Assembly: GCA_018660505.1 (NCBI GenBank)
Contig: JABJKE010000034.1
Location: 23,114-87,113, forward strand
Source: Rhodobiaceae bacterium
GTDB taxonomy: Bacteria; Pseudomonadota; Alphaproteobacteria; RS24
DNA length: 64,000 nucleotides
Direction of reading: 5' to 3'
Each line of letters opens with the position of its first letter. Position 1 is the first letter of the stretch. Shown here one piece after another: positions 16,396-27,408 of the stretch. The position numbers and the translations under genes are program-made. The notes beneath the pieces are model-generated. The model was not told where the DNA came from. It searched no databases and worked only from the letters and a program-made list of their open reading frames with translations.

Positions 16396-17145
16396 TTAAA
16401 AATCTTCCTTATAGGGGCGAATATCCAGCTCTTGCGTCCACGCCGTCTTGTGCTGGTCGTGCATGGCAAAATAAGCCTGCGCAATGGCGCTAATGTTCAA
16501 CCCACCTTCCGCGCCCTTGGCGTCCAGATATTCGGCGAACTGCGAGCGCACTTTCTCGCCCTCAATCATCCCATCAATCACCACATGGCCCACATGAATG
16601 CCTTGCTTGCCATATTCGCGCGCAATCGATTGCACCATCATCCGCAAAGCGCTTTTGCCAGCCGCGAAAGCCGAAAAGCCCGCTTTGCCCCGCAAAGATC
16701 CGCTGGCCCCGGTAAACAATAGGCTTTGCTTGGGTGCCGCATCTTGCTGTTTTAACATCAACCGCAGCATCGCTTGCGCGGTCACGAAACCGCCGAAGCA
16801 AATCACCCGCCACATATCCTCAAACACTTCCGGGGTGACATCTAAAAAAGCCTCCGGCCGATTGTTGCCCGCGTTATAAATCGCCAGCTCCAGCGGACGG
16901 GCATCGGCTTCCACGATGGCCAGCGCCGCTTCCACTTGTTTGGGCTGGGTTACATCTGCCAATAAAGCCGTGGCGCTGCCCCCGGCGGCCTCGATGGTTT
17001 CGACAATCGCGTCTATTTTCTCTTGCGTTCGCCCGTTCACAAAAACATGCAGGCCGCGTGCGCTGGCTTGCACGCATAGCTCTGCGCCCACCCCTTGGCG
17101 GGGGCCCACACCGAAAATAATAGCACTGCTGGTTGGTTTGGACAT
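16396..17145 (-). CDS. short-chain dehydrogenase/reductase (SDR) family protein, atypical active site
   Basis: 249 aa. N-terminal IIFGVGPRQGVG nucleotide-binding region and NAG motif. The expected YxxxK reads FAAGK. Confidence 0.7.
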   Translation of the reverse strand: MSKPTSSAIIFGVGPRQGVGAELCVQASARGLHVFVNGRTQEKIDAIVETIEAAGGSATALLADVTQPKQVEAALAIVEADARPLELAIYNAGNNRPEAFLDVTPEVFEDMWRVICFGGFVTAQAMLRLMLKQQDAAPKQSLLFTGASGSLRGKAGFSAFAAGKSALRMMVQSIAREYGKQGIHVGHVVIDGMIEGEKVRSQFAEYLDAKGAEGGLNISAIAQAYFAMHDQHKTAWTQELDIRPYKEDF

Positions 17146-17299
17146 AAGTCTTACTCCTGAAAATTAATCTCGAAAGGGCGAGCCAAACCGGACACAGCTT
17201 GCCGCCCTCAAATCTTATGCTATGTTGCCGCCAAAGCCCCCGCCTGTCTATTGATGTTTCGGGGGCGCGCGCAAGCTAGGCATACATTAGGAGTCCAAC

Positions 17300-18172
17300 A
17301 TGTTTCGAGGGTCAATCACCGCGCTCATCACGCCGTTTAAAGACGGGCGCGTCGATGAAGCGGCTTTGCGCAAGCTGGTCGATTGGCAAATCACCGAGGG
17401 CACCCATGGGCTTGTGCCCGTCGGCACCACGGGCGAGTCGCCCACGCTCAGCCATGAAGAACACGAACGCGTGGTTGAAATCGTCGTCGATGCAGGCGCT
17501 GGTCGCGTGCCGATTATCGCCGGCGCGGGCTCTAATTCCACCGCCGAAGCCATTGCCTTTACTCAGCATGCGGAACGTGCAGGCGCCGATGGCGCGCTGC
17601 ATGTGACGCCCTATTATAACAAGCCGACCCAAGACGGTTTATTCGCGCATTTCGAAGCGATTGAGAGCGCCACCGCCTTGCCTATTTTGATTTACAATAT
17701 CCCCGGTCGCTCGGTCGTCGATATGACGCCAGAAACCATGGGGCGCTTGGCCGCGCTGAAAAACATCATCGGCGTGAAAGATGCCACCGCCGACCTATCG
17801 CGCGTCGGCCAACAGGCGGGCACCTGCGGCGATGGCTTTATTCAGCTGTCGGGCGAGGATGCGACGGCGGTCGAATTTATCAAACAGGGCGGCCATGGCT
17901 GTATTTCGGTTTGTTCCAATGTTGCACCCAAATTATGCTCGGCCATGCAAGAGGCGGCGCTGACCGGAGATTTCGCGACGGCAGAAAATTTGCTGGCCAA
18001 ACTTCTGCCGCTGATGGATGCGTTATTTTGCGAAACCAGCCCGTCGCCGGTTAAATATGCGATGGCGCGGCTGGGGCTTTGCGACGAAGAAATTCGTCTA
18101 CCCATGCTGCCGGCCACGCAAAGCGCGCGCGCGCAAGTGGATGCCGCACTAAGCCAACTCGGCCTGTTGTAG
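17300..18172 (+). CDS. dapA: 4-hydroxy-tetrahydrodipicolinate synthase
   Basis: 290 aa. [13 protein letters not shown]..., [20 protein letters not shown] and IIGVKDA motifs typical of DapA. Confidence 0.93.
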   Translation: MFRGSITALITPFKDGRVDEAALRKLVDWQITEGTHGLVPVGTTGESPTLSHEEHERVVEIVVDAGAGRVPIIAGAGSNSTAEAIAFTQHAERAGADGALHVTPYYNKPTQDGLFAHFEAIESATALPILIYNIPGRSVVDMTPETMGRLAALKNIIGVKDATADLSRVGQQAGTCGDGFIQLSGEDATAVEFIKQGGHGCISVCSNVAPKLCSAMQEAALTGDFATAENLLAKLLPLMDALFCETSPSPVKYAMARLGLCDEEIRLPMLPATQSARAQVDAALSQLGLL

Positions 18173-18176
18173 TCTC

Positions 18177-18659
18177 ATGTCTTCGAAAAGCGGTGGCCGG
18201 AAAAAAAATAGCGCAGGGGACGGCACCATTGCAGAAAACCGCCGCGCGCGTCGAGATTTCGAAGTTACGCAAACCTTCGAGGCGGGCCTCGTGTTGCAAG
18301 GCACAGAGGTTAAATCTCTGCGCGAGGGCAAGGCTAATTTAGCCCATTCGTTCGCCACGGTGCGCGATGGCGAAGCGTTTTTGATGAATGCCGATATCCC
18401 CGAATATAGCGGCGGTAATCGGTTTAACCATAAGGCGACGCAGCCGCGCAAAGTGCTTTTGCATCGGCGCGAGATCAATAAATTAATGGCCGCCGTGCAG
18501 CGCGAGGGCATGACACTGGTGCCGCTGAAACTGTATTTTCATGAGAACGGACGGGTGAAACTATTAATCGGTCTGGCGCGCGGGCGCAAAAAAGCCGACC
18601 GCCGAGATGTTGAAAAACGCCGCGATTGGGACCGTCAAAAAGCCAGATTATTGCGCTAG
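18177..18659 (+). CDS. smpB: SsrA-binding protein
   Basis: 160 aa. [13 protein letters not shown]...GTEVKSLR...[16 protein letters not shown], typical SmpB. Confidence 0.93.
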   Translation: MSSKSGGRKKNSAGDGTIAENRRARRDFEVTQTFEAGLVLQGTEVKSLREGKANLAHSFATVRDGEAFLMNADIPEYSGGNRFNHKATQPRKVLLHRREINKLMAAVQREGMTLVPLKLYFHENGRVKLLIGLARGRKKADRRDVEKRRDWDRQKARLLR

Positions 18660-19295
18660 TTTTTGCGTGATGAGGGCAAAGACATCTTCAAACATTTGCG
18701 GGGTTAAGCGCCGCGTATTGGTATTATAGCGCGAGCAATGATAGCTATCGATGAGCGTGATGTCGCCAATCTTGTGGCACGCGCCATGGGCGAATTTGGC
18801 TTGGCTCAGTTTCTGGCCATTGGCGCGCAGCACATTGTCATGCGATATTTTTCCCAGCGAAAGCACGATTTTTAAATTGGGCAGACTGTCGAGACGGGCT
18901 TTTAAAAATCCGCGGCAGGCATTCATCTCGGCGCCAATCGGCTTGTTTTGCGGTGGCACACAGCGCACCGCATTGGTTATCATCGTGTTGACCAGCTGCA
19001 AGCCGTCGTCTTTGTGCTGCCCATAAGTGCCGCTCGAGAGGCCAAATTTATCGAGCGTCGCGTAAAGCAAATCCCCCGCCCAATCGCCGGTAAAAGGGCG
19101 CGCCGTTCGATTGGCGCCGGTCACGCCAGGGGCCAATCCGACGATGAGTAATTCGGCGCTCTCTTGGCCAAAGCAAGGCACGGGGGCGTTGAACCAATCG
19201 GGATGTGCGGCTCGGTTTTGGTCGCGATAGGCTTTCAGGCGTGGGCATAAACCACAATCGGCATCTGGGGTGGGGGAGGGTGCATTTAAAGTCAT
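18648..19295 (-). CDS. uracil-DNA glycosylase superfamily protein (family 4/5-like)
   Basis: 215 aa. [25 protein letters not shown] motif and C-terminal HCSRYNTNT motif. Confidence 0.75.
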   Translation of the reverse strand: MTLNAPSPTPDADCGLCPRLKAYRDQNRAAHPDWFNAPVPCFGQESAELLIVGLAPGVTGANRTARPFTGDWAGDLLYATLDKFGLSSGTYGQHKDDGLQLVNTMITNAVRCVPPQNKPIGAEMNACRGFLKARLDSLPNLKIVLSLGKISHDNVLRANGQKLSQAKFAHGACHKIGDITLIDSYHCSRYNTNTRRLTPQMFEDVFALITQKLAQ

Positions 19296-19419
19296 GCGGC
19301 CAAGATAACGCGATGGCGCCCGTCAATTCAACCCATGTGGCAGGCGCTGGGGAGGCGCGCGTTAAACGGACTTGTCATTCATACTTGTCATTGGCCATCG
19401 CTTGGCTTACTTCCAGCCT

Positions 19420-19920
19420 ATGATTTATTTGGCCTTCGGGAGCAATCTACGCGGCGATTTCGCCAATAGCGCGCAATTGGTGCAAGCCGCCATCGATAAC
19501 CTGCCTTTGACGGGGGCACGCGTGGTCAAACGCGCGCCGCTTTATGCCTCCACCCCCATCGGCCCGTCGGGGCAAGATGATTACATCAATACAGTGGTTG
19601 CGGTTCGCAGCGTTTTGCCGGCTCTGGCGCTGTTGCCGCGCTTGCACGCTTTGGAGGCCGCTTTTGGGCGCCATCGTGGCGCGGCAGATGCGGTGGCTTG
19701 GGGCCCCCGCACCTTGGATATTGATATGATTAGCTATCATGATGAAGTGCATCTGTTTCGGGCGCAAATTCCGCATCCAAGGGCGGCGTCGCGCGCATTT
19801 GTTCTGCGTCCTCTGGCCGATATCGCCCCCGGCTGGCGCCACCCCGAATATGGCACACCGATTGGCGCGCTATTGGCCAGCTTGCCGGCGCAGGCGCGAG
19901 TGGGGCTAAAACGCCTCTAA
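19420..19920 (+). CDS. folK: 2-amino-4-hydroxy-6-hydroxymethyldihydropteridine diphosphokinase
   Basis: ORF 19372..19920; ATG 19420 gives MIYLAFGSNL.... WGPRTLDIDMI and PHPRAASRAFVLRPL motifs. Confidence 0.9.
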   Translation: MIYLAFGSNLRGDFANSAQLVQAAIDNLPLTGARVVKRAPLYASTPIGPSGQDDYINTVVAVRSVLPALALLPRLHALEAAFGRHRGAADAVAWGPRTLDIDMISYHDEVHLFRAQIPHPRAASRAFVLRPLADIAPGWRHPEYGTPIGALLASLPAQARVGLKRL

Positions 19921-20043
19921 GGCGAATTTTAAGGCGAATTTTCGCTTCGGTTTTCGGGTTTTGCCTGTTTTTTCCTTGCGATATTCGTTTAACAGGCATA
20001 AATAAACGTAACTTGTGTCTATCAACCCTAGATTGGAATGCCC

Positions 20044-20445
20044 ATGGCTCGTGTGACCGTTGAAGATTGCGTCGATAAGGTAACAAACCGTTTCGAATTG
20101 GTGTTATTTGCCTCTCATCGGGCCCGTGGCATGTCGGCAGGTGCCGAATTGCTGGTCGAGCGCGACAATGACAAAAACACCGTCGTGGCGCTGCGCGAGA
20201 TTGCCGATGAAAAAGTCGTTCCGGCTGAAGTTCGCGAAGACCTTGTGGGATCGTTGCAAAAACAAATCGACGTCGATGAGCCAGATGAAGAAATCATCGC
20301 CGCGCCGATGTTGGGCCATGTCGAAGCCGACGGGGAAGCCGCTGGCGAAACCATGGTTGAGATGAGCGAAGATGATATTTTGGCGGCTTTGCAATCTTTG
20401 GAAGCGGCAGGCCCGAAAGATAAAGGTGATGGTTGCGCTGATTAA
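20044..20445 (+). CDS. rpoZ: DNA-directed RNA polymerase subunit omega
   Basis: [28 protein letters not shown]...; acidic C-terminal extension. ATG 20038 is an alternative start. Confidence 0.92.
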   Translation: MARVTVEDCVDKVTNRFELVLFASHRARGMSAGAELLVERDNDKNTVVALREIADEKVVPAEVREDLVGSLQKQIDVDEPDEEIIAAPMLGHVEADGEAAGETMVEMSEDDILAALQSLEAAGPKDKGDGCAD

Positions 20446-20490
20446 TCCCTCGCGCCTCGTTTTTTACCCACGCGCCGGAGGGCTTACCTC

Positions 20491-22656
20491 ATGATGCGCC
20501 AATATGAACTCGTAGACCGCGTTTCCAGCTACGACCCCCTTGCCAATGAAGACCTGTTAAACCGGGCTTATGTTTTCGCCACGCAAAAACATGGCGACCA
20601 AAAGCGCGCCTCGGGCGACCCGTATTTTTCGCATCCGGTAGAAGTGGCGGGCATCCTCACAGATTTGCACCTCGACACCGCCAGTATTGCGACGGCGCTT
20701 TTACACGACACGATTGAAGACACGGAAACAAGTTTCACCGAGATAGAAGAGCTGTTTGGGCGCGAGATTGCCGATATGGTGAACGGCGTCACCAAAATGT
20801 CTTTATTGGAACTGTCTTCGGCAGATACGGCGCAGGCCGAGAATTTCCGCAAGCTTTTGGTGGCGACGGCCAGCGACATTCGCATTCTATTGGTTAAATT
20901 GGCCGACCGGTTGCACAATATGCGGACGCTCCATTTCATTAAATCAGACGAAAAACGCCGCCGCATCGCGCAAGAGACGATGGATATTTATGCGCCTCTG
21001 GCGGGGCGTATCGGCATGCATAATTTCCGCGAGGAGTTGGAAGACCTGTCTTTCGCGGAAATTAACCAAGAGGCACGAGCGCTGGTGATGGAGCGCCTAA
21101 GCGAGCTAAACGAGCAAAGCAGCGATATGCTGGCGGAAATATCGAACACCGTCTCGTCTGAGCTTTCGGCGCACGGCTTGGAGGTTGAGGTTTACGGACG
21201 CCAGAAGCGGCCGTTCTCCATTTGGCGCAAGATGCAAAATAAGTCGATATCTCTGGAGCAGCTGTCGGATATTTTTGCTTATCGGATTGTCACCCAAAGC
21301 GAGGATGAATGCTATCGCGCGCTGGGCGTTTTGCACCGCACCTATCGGTTTGTGCCGGGGCGCTATAAAGATTTTATTTCGACGCCGAAAATCAATGGTT
21401 ATCAGTCGTTGCACACAACGGTGATTGGCCCCAACAACCAACGCGTAGAGCTGCAAATCCGCACCCGCGAAATGCACGATATCGCCAACCGAGGCATCGC
21501 CGCGCATTGGACCTATAAAGACCAGCAAGATGAGCGCCCCGATATTGCCAAAATTGAACCCTTCAATTGGCTGCAAGATATGGTGGAGCAGCTGAAGACG
21601 GGCGAGACGGCGGAAGAGTTTTTAGAAAATACCAAGCTCGAATTATTCACCGACCAAGTGTTTTGCTTCACCCCCAAAGGCCGATTGATTGCCCTGCCGC
21701 GCGGTGCGACGGCTTTGGATTTTGCCTATGCAGTGCATACGGCCATCGGCAATAGCTGCATTGGCGTGCGGATTAACGGGTTAAAATTGCCGTTCCGAAC
21801 GCTGTTGAAAAACGGCGATGAGATTGAAATCATCCGTGGCGAGACCCAAAAACCCATGGCCACTTGGGTCAACCATGTGCGAACCGGCAAGGCGCGCGCG
21901 GCCATTCGACATTCTTTGCGCGAGCGCGAGGAAGCGGAGTTTATGGCGCTGGGCAAGCAGATGATAGAAAGCCTGTTTGCCGCCGAAGGGTTGGAGGCCA
22001 AGGGCAGTTTGCTGGAGCGGGCATTGGGCGTGATGCATTATGAGAGCTTGGATTTATTGCGCCTCGATGTGGGGCGCGGCGATATTTCTGCCGCCGATGT
22101 CTTGCTGGCCGTCATGCCGAAAAAGCGCCGTCGCCGCTCGATGATTGCCGGTGCGGTGCGCGGCTTAATGGGGCGCTCGACCCATAAAGCGACGTCGCAT
22201 CCCGCCATTTTGCCGCTCAATGGCGCGCTCTATGGCACGGTGGTTAAAATCGCAGACGACCATTTCCCCTTGCCGGGCGATGAGATTGTGGGCGTGGTCA
22301 CTATGGGCCAAGGGGTGGTGGTCTATCCAGCGGCAGCGCCGGATATTTTAATCTTGGAAGATAAGCCAGAGCGTCTGGTGGCGATGAAATGGGACGAAGA
22401 AGCGGAAACCCTATTCGCCAGCCGCGTGCATATGACAGCCGTAAACCGCACCGGCTCGTTGAGCGTCATCACCCAAACCATTGCCGATTTTGATGCCAAT
22501 ATTACCAATTTGAGCTTCATTCAAGACAGCGACGACTTTTGCGAGCTGACGGTGGATGTGGAAGTGCGCGATGTCGACCATATGGAGCAAATGATGGATG
22601 CGATACGCGGAAGCCGCGTGGTCAGCGAGGCGAATCGGGTCATTTTCAAGTCCTAG
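20491..22656 (+). CDS. spoT: bifunctional (p)ppGpp synthetase/hydrolase, RelA/SpoT homologue
   Basis: 721 aa. HD domain (HPVEVAGIL...LHDTIEDT), synthetase domain (RQKRPFSIWRKM...YQSLHT), and TGS and ACT regions. Confidence 0.93.
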   Translation: MMRQYELVDRVSSYDPLANEDLLNRAYVFATQKHGDQKRASGDPYFSHPVEVAGILTDLHLDTASIATALLHDTIEDTETSFTEIEELFGREIADMVNGVTKMSLLELSSADTAQAENFRKLLVATASDIRILLVKLADRLHNMRTLHFIKSDEKRRRIAQETMDIYAPLAGRIGMHNFREELEDLSFAEINQEARALVMERLSELNEQSSDMLAEISNTVSSELSAHGLEVEVYGRQKRPFSIWRKMQNKSISLEQLSDIFAYRIVTQSEDECYRALGVLHRTYRFVPGRYKDFISTPKINGYQSLHTTVIGPNNQRVELQIRTREMHDIANRGIAAHWTYKDQQDERPDIAKIEPFNWLQDMVEQLKTGETAEEFLENTKLELFTDQVFCFTPKGRLIALPRGATALDFAYAVHTAIGNSCIGVRINGLKLPFRTLLKNGDEIEIIRGETQKPMATWVNHVRTGKARAAIRHSLREREEAEFMALGKQMIESLFAAEGLEAKGSLLERALGVMHYESLDLLRLDVGRGDISAADVLLAVMPKKRRRRSMIAGAVRGLMGRSTHKATSHPAILPLNGALYGTVVKIADDHFPLPGDEIVGVVTMGQGVVVYPAAAPDILILEDKPERLVAMKWDEEAETLFASRVHMTAVNRTGSLSVITQTIADFDANITNLSFIQDSDDFCELTVDVEVRDVDHMEQMMDAIRGSRVVSEANRVIFKS

Positions 22657-22697
22657 ATAAAACATCTCAAGAAACGCAAAACAGACGGGAAGACGAC

Positions 22698-23282
22698 ATG
22701 ACACCAGAAAAAGTGCTGCAAGAGTTTCGAAACGCGGACGCTCTTTTAGAAGGTCATTTTTTACTTTCTTCCGGCCTGCATTCGCGGGCCTATTTGCAAT
22801 GCGCCCGCGTGTTGATGCAGCCCAAACGCGCGGCGCGTCTGGCCAAAGCTTTGGCCGCCAAATTGACGGAAAATGTAAATGGCGACATTGACGCCGTGGT
22901 GGCCCCGGCCATGGGCGGATTGATTATCGGCCATGAAGTGGCCCGCGCGCTCAATGTGCCATCGATGTTTTTAGAACGCGTCGATGGCGAATTTACGCTG
23001 CGCCGTGGCTTTGCTTTAGAAAACAAACCGCGCGTGGTGATGATTGAAGATATTGTCACGACCGGGCTTTCGTCGCGCGAGGCGATACAATCTATTCGCG
23101 CGCATGGCGGCAAAGTGGTGGGCGCCGGGTGTCTCATTGACCGCTCGAACGGTAAAGCCAAAGTGGGCGTGAAGCTGGCTTCGTTAGCGCGCTTTCAAGT
23201 CGAGACTTTTGACGCCAAAAAACTGCCAGATGATTTGAAAAACACACCGGCCATCAAGCCGGGTAGCCGTGGTTTGAAATAG
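22698..23282 (+). CDS. pyrE: orotate phosphoribosyltransferase
   Basis: ORF 22539..23282; ATG 22698 gives MTPEKVLQEFRNADALLEGHFLLSSGLHS. PRPP-binding VVMIEDIVTTGLS. Confidence 0.9.
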   Translation: MTPEKVLQEFRNADALLEGHFLLSSGLHSRAYLQCARVLMQPKRAARLAKALAAKLTENVNGDIDAVVAPAMGGLIIGHEVARALNVPSMFLERVDGEFTLRRGFALENKPRVVMIEDIVTTGLSSREAIQSIRAHGGKVVGAGCLIDRSNGKAKVGVKLASLARFQVETFDAKKLPDDLKNTPAIKPGSRGLK

Positions 23283-23291
23283 GGGAGCCAG

Positions 23292-23849
23292 ATGTTCCGA
23301 CGTCGATTGCCGCAAACCTATTGGCAAAAGCTGCGGCAATTTCTTTGGCCGCGCGAGGGCTGGGTGCGGGCCACGCAATATTTATGGCGCCGCACCATTC
23401 GGCTCAGCGGCACGCCGCATAGCATCGCCTTGGGGCTAGCGATTGGTGCTTTCGTCTCGGCCAATCCCATTTTGGGAACGCATATTCTATGGGCCGCTTT
23501 TATTATTTATTTCATTGGCGGCAATTTTCTGGCGGCTATTTTGGGCACATGGGTTGGCAATCCGGTTAGTTTTCCGTTCATATGGCTGGCGACGTTTAAC
23601 CTGGGACATTTGATACTTGGCACCTCTGGCGACGTGAAAAAATTGCCCGAGCTGAGTTTGAGCCTGCTCATCGAGGCGCCGATTGGCACTTTGCTGCCGC
23701 TCATTGGCCCCATGCTATTGGGCTGGATTCCGGTCGGGCTGGTGTTGGGCGCGATGATTTATTATCCGAGCTATTGGAGCATTGAGACCTATCAGAAAAG
23801 ACGTCGGGCGCGGTTAGACAGAAAACGCGATGCAGCGGCTAAAAAATAA
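23292..23849 (+). CDS. DUF2062-like membrane protein
   Basis: 185 aa. Basic N-terminus (FRRRLPQTYWQKLRQFLWPREGW) followed by several TM segments, the pattern of the DUF2062 family. Confidence 0.6.
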   Translation: MFRRRLPQTYWQKLRQFLWPREGWVRATQYLWRRTIRLSGTPHSIALGLAIGAFVSANPILGTHILWAAFIIYFIGGNFLAAILGTWVGNPVSFPFIWLATFNLGHLILGTSGDVKKLPELSLSLLIEAPIGTLLPLIGPMLLGWIPVGLVLGAMIYYPSYWSIETYQKRRRARLDRKRDAAAKK

Positions 23850-23864
23850 TGCTAGGAATGCCTC

Positions 23865-24632
23865 ATGGCAGTATCTGAAAAACTTCGTCTAGGGGTCAAT
23901 ATCGACCACGTCGCCACCATCCGCAATGCGCGCGGCGGGCGCTTGCCCGACCCCGTGCGCGCGGCGGAAATGGCCGCCTTGGCTGGCGCCGATGGCATTA
24001 CCGCGCATTTGCGCGAAGACCGCCGCCATATCGGCGATGCGGATATTGCGCGTTTGGCAGAAGAAATCGGCTTGCCGCTAAACCTTGAAATGGCCGCCAC
24101 CGAAGAAATGTGCGCCATTGCGCTGCGTCATAAGCCCAACGCCTGCTGCCTGGTGCCCGAAAAGCGCCAAGAGGTCACCACCGAAGGGGGGCTGGATGTG
24201 CTGAGTGGCGGGGCGGCTTTGCAAGCCATTTTAGACCCCATTAAGGAGGCGGGCATTCGCATCTCGCTCTTCATTGATCCGGTAGAGGCGCAAATTGAAG
24301 CGGCGGTGAAAGCCGGCGCAGACATCGTAGAGCTGCACACGGGCGCTTATGCCCATGCCCATCAAGCTGGCGACACGAAAGCTTTTGACGCGGAATTGGC
24401 GCGGCTGCAAAAAGGCGCCGCGCTGGCCGATGAGGCGGGGCTAGAAGTCCATGCGGGCCATGGCTTATGCTATGAGACCGTGGCGCCAATTGCCGCGATT
24501 GGCCAAATTGTCGAGCTTAACATTGGCCATTTCCTTATCGGCGAAGCGATTTTTGTCGGCCTCGAAGGCGCCATTGAAAATATGCGCCGCCTGATGTTGG
24601 AAGCGCGTCGCGGCCAGGGCTCTGCCGCATGA
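23865..24632 (+). CDS. pdxJ: pyridoxine 5'-phosphate synthase
   Basis: 255 aa. [25 protein letters not shown] and ELHTG motifs. Confidence 0.93.
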   Translation: MAVSEKLRLGVNIDHVATIRNARGGRLPDPVRAAEMAALAGADGITAHLREDRRHIGDADIARLAEEIGLPLNLEMAATEEMCAIALRHKPNACCLVPEKRQEVTTEGGLDVLSGGAALQAILDPIKEAGIRISLFIDPVEAQIEAAVKAGADIVELHTGAYAHAHQAGDTKAFDAELARLQKGAALADEAGLEVHAGHGLCYETVAPIAAIGQIVELNIGHFLIGEAIFVGLEGAIENMRRLMLEARRGQGSAA

Positions 24633-25042
24633 TTTTGGGCATTGGCAATGATCTCATCGATATCCGCAGGATTGAGAAAACGCTGGCGCGTTTTGGCGAT
24701 CGGTTCATCCAACGACTGTATACGGATATCGAACAAAAGCGCTCCGAAGGGCGCCAACAGCGGGCCGCTTCTTATGCCAAACGCTTTGCCGCGAAAGAAG
24801 CTTGCTCGAAAGCGCTCGGTACGGGGCTGCGCCAAGGGGTGTTTTGGCGCGATATGGGCGTCGCCAATTTGCCATCTGGCAAACCAACCGTAAAGCTGAC
24901 CGGGGGCGCTTTGGCGCGCTTGCAAAAAATCACGCCCGAAGGCATGCAAGCGCAGATTGATTTAACCATTACCGATGATTTTCCTTTGGCGCAGGCCATC
25001 GTGATTATTTCTGCCAATCCGATAAATGAAACGCCGAGCTAG
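24629..25042 (+). CDS. acpS: holo-[acyl-carrier-protein] synthase
   Basis: 137 aa. [16 protein letters not shown]..., [14 protein letters not shown]. Confidence 0.92.
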   Translation: MILGIGNDLIDIRRIEKTLARFGDRFIQRLYTDIEQKRSEGRQQRAASYAKRFAAKEACSKALGTGLRQGVFWRDMGVANLPSGKPTVKLTGGALARLQKITPEGMQAQIDLTITDDFPLAQAIVIISANPINETPS

Positions 25043-25049
25043 GGTCATC

Positions 25050-25811
25050 ATGTCGAAAACAAAATCACAAAACAGCGACGCCAAGCCAGATGGCTTAAAA
25101 GAAAACATCCGGGTTTTCATTTTTGCGGGCATCATCGCCATCCTTATTCGCTCGTTGTTTTTCCAGCCGTTCAACATTCCGTCCAGCTCGATGAAGCCGA
25201 CTTTGCTGATTGGTGATTTTCTATTCGTATCGAAATTCAGCTATGGCTATTCGCGCCATAGTTTTCCCTTCTCCCTCCTGCCGATTAATGGGCGCACGTC
25301 CACGACCGGGCCCGAGCGCGGCGATGTGGTGGTGTTTAAATTGCCGGCCGACAATCGGACCGATTTCATCAAACGGGTCATCGGCCTGCCGGGCGACAGC
25401 ATTCAGATGGTGCGCGGGCAATTGTTTATTAACGGGCAAGGGGTGAAACGCGAGCCGATGGAAGCGTTTCTCGACCTCCAACGCGACGGCGAACCAACTC
25501 GCATCCGTCGTTTCCGCGAGACATTGCCCAGCGGGCGCAGCTATGAAATTCTCGACCAGATAGATAATGGCCCGGTCGATACCACGCCGATTTATGACGT
25601 GCCAGAAGGGCATTATTTTATGATGGGCGACAATCGCGATAATTCGACCGACAGCCGCTTTGGCCGTTATGTCGGCTATGTGCCGTTTGAAAACCTTGTG
25701 GGGCCGGCGCAAATTTTGTTTTTCTCTTTCGACGACCGCACGCGCTGGTATGAGATTTGGCGTTGGCCGATATCCATTCGCGGCACGCGGCTGCTGGATT
25801 GGGTGCGTTAA
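25050..25811 (+). CDS. lepB: signal peptidase I
   Basis: ORF 25026..25811; ATG 25050. IPSSSMKPTLLIGD (catalytic Ser), KRVIGLPGD and GDNRDNSTDSR boxes. Confidence 0.93.
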   Translation: MSKTKSQNSDAKPDGLKENIRVFIFAGIIAILIRSLFFQPFNIPSSSMKPTLLIGDFLFVSKFSYGYSRHSFPFSLLPINGRTSTTGPERGDVVVFKLPADNRTDFIKRVIGLPGDSIQMVRGQLFINGQGVKREPMEAFLDLQRDGEPTRIRRFRETLPSGRSYEILDQIDNGPVDTTPIYDVPEGHYFMMGDNRDNSTDSRFGRYVGYVPFENLVGPAQILFFSFDDRTRWYEIWRWPISIRGTRLLDWVR

Positions 25812-26509
25812 TGGCCTCGCTGTCTGCCTTTGAAAACCGTTTGGGGCATATGTTTGCCCAGGCAAAAATTCTCGAGCGCGCCCTGCGCCACGCCAGTTTG
25901 GATGTGGAAGAAGACAATGAGCAGCTGGAGTTTTTGGGCGACCGCGTTTTGGGGTTGGTGATAGCCGATTATCTTCTGGCCAACCATGGGCAAGAGAGCG
26001 AAGGCGATATGGCGCGGCGCTTGGCGCAATTGGTCAGCCGAAAAACCTGCGCCAAAGTGGCGAAAGAAATTCAATTGGTCGAGGTTTTGCGAATGGATGA
26101 AGGCATCCAAAAAAGCAAAACCATTCCGACCAATATATTGGCCGATGCCTGTGAAGCCGTCATTGGCGCGGTTTACTTAGATAGCGGGCTGGCAGCGGCC
26201 AAACGGGTGATTGAGGCGCATTGGCAGCCTCATTTTGCCGAGCAAACGGAAGCGCCGATTGACAATAAGACCGCTTTGCAAGAATGGCTGATGCAACGCG
26301 CTTTGGCCTTGCCCGTATATGAAATTATCGACCGCAGCGGGCCCGACCATGCGCCCGAATTTACCATTCGAGCCTCGGCCCATGATGGGGCGGCGCTGGG
26401 GCTTGGCCCCTCGCGCAAATTGGCCGAACAACGTGCCGCGGCCGCCCTTTTGGAAAGTTTAAAAGAAGGGGGTGCGCCAAGTGCCCCCGCACAGGAGACC
26501 GAGCTATGA
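25811..26509 (+). CDS. rnc: ribonuclease III
   Basis: ORF 25757..26509; ATG 25811 overlaps the lepB stop. NEQLEFLGDRVLGL signature and a C-terminal dsRBD. Confidence 0.93.
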   Translation: MASLSAFENRLGHMFAQAKILERALRHASLDVEEDNEQLEFLGDRVLGLVIADYLLANHGQESEGDMARRLAQLVSRKTCAKVAKEIQLVEVLRMDEGIQKSKTIPTNILADACEAVIGAVYLDSGLAAAKRVIEAHWQPHFAEQTEAPIDNKTALQEWLMQRALALPVYEIIDRSGPDHAPEFTIRASAHDGAALGLGPSRKLAEQRAAAALLESLKEGGAPSAPAQETEL

Positions 26510-27405
26510 CGTCACCCCAAAAATGCGGCTTTGTGGCTGTCATCGGCCCGCCCAATGCTGGCAAATCGACCTTGTCGAATGCCTTGGTGGGGCAGAAAGT
26601 AGCCATTGTGACGCAAAAAGCGCAGACCACCCGCATGCGGTTGCGCGCCGTGGTGATGCATCAGCAATCGCAGATTATTCTGGTCGATACCCCAGGTATT
26701 TTTGAAGCCAAACAGCGCTTCGACCGCGCCATGGTAAATGAGGCTTGGCTGGGCGTGAACGACGCCGACCAAGTGCTGGTGGTGCTTGATGCCCAACGCG
26801 CCGAGACACCGGAAGTGGACTTAATGTTAGACGGCCTCGCGCGTAGCGAAAAGCGGGTCTCCCTCGTGTTGAATAAAATCGACACAGTGCCGCATGAGAG
26901 CCTTCTGGCCTTGGTGCAAAAATTAAATGAGCGCGTGGCCTTTGCCGATACGTTTTTAATCTCGGCCCTGAAAGGCCATGGCTTGAGCGAATTGCGCGAC
27001 CAATTGGCAGCCTCTATGCCCGAAGGCCCGTGGCTCTATCCCGAAGATCAAGCGGCGGATATTCCATCCTTGCTTTTGGCGTCGGAAGTTTTGCGCGAGA
27101 AATTGTTTTTACGCTTGCACGAAGAGCTGCCGTATCATTTGACCGTGGAAACGGAAAAATGGGAGACCAAAAAAGATGGCTCCGTGCGCATCGAGCAAAC
27201 CGTCTACGTGCGCCGCGATGGGCAAAAGGCCATTGTGCTGGGCAAGGGTGGCCAGACGATGAAAGAAATTGGTTCAGAGGCGCGCCGCGAGCTGGAAGAA
27301 ATGTTCGAACGCCGCGTGCATTTATTCGTTTTTGTGAAAGTCCGCAAAAACTGGAAAGAAGACCCCGAGCGCTATCGTATGCTGGGGTTGGATTATAAGG
27401 CCTAG
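26506..27405 (+). CDS. era: GTPase Era
   Basis: 299 aa. GPPNAGKST (G1), DTPG (G3), NKID (G4) and a KH domain. Confidence 0.93.
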   Translation: MTSPQKCGFVAVIGPPNAGKSTLSNALVGQKVAIVTQKAQTTRMRLRAVVMHQQSQIILVDTPGIFEAKQRFDRAMVNEAWLGVNDADQVLVVLDAQRAETPEVDLMLDGLARSEKRVSLVLNKIDTVPHESLLALVQKLNERVAFADTFLISALKGHGLSELRDQLAASMPEGPWLYPEDQAADIPSLLLASEVLREKLFLRLHEELPYHLTVETEKWETKKDGSVRIEQTVYVRRDGQKAIVLGKGGQTMKEIGSEARRELEEMFERRVHLFVFVKVRKNWKEDPERYRMLGLDYKA

Positions 27406-27408
27406 CCG

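Noticed and set aside
19919-19942. Tandem duplication AAGGCGAATTTT x2 immediately after the folK stop.
   Set aside because: A single short duplication in an intergenic region, with no associated structure or coding consequence. It is too trivial to interpret.
25221-25865. Long antisense ORFs in the track that overlap well-supported genes. This one is 214 aa opposite lepB. Others are 43166..43825, 29534..30127, 46094..46753, 57707..58339, 39045..39743 and 50380..50931.
   Set aside because: Their products are Arg/Gly/Ala/His-rich with no motifs. Each lies entirely opposite a gene with clear family signatures, which is the typical shadow-ORF pattern of GC-rich DNA.
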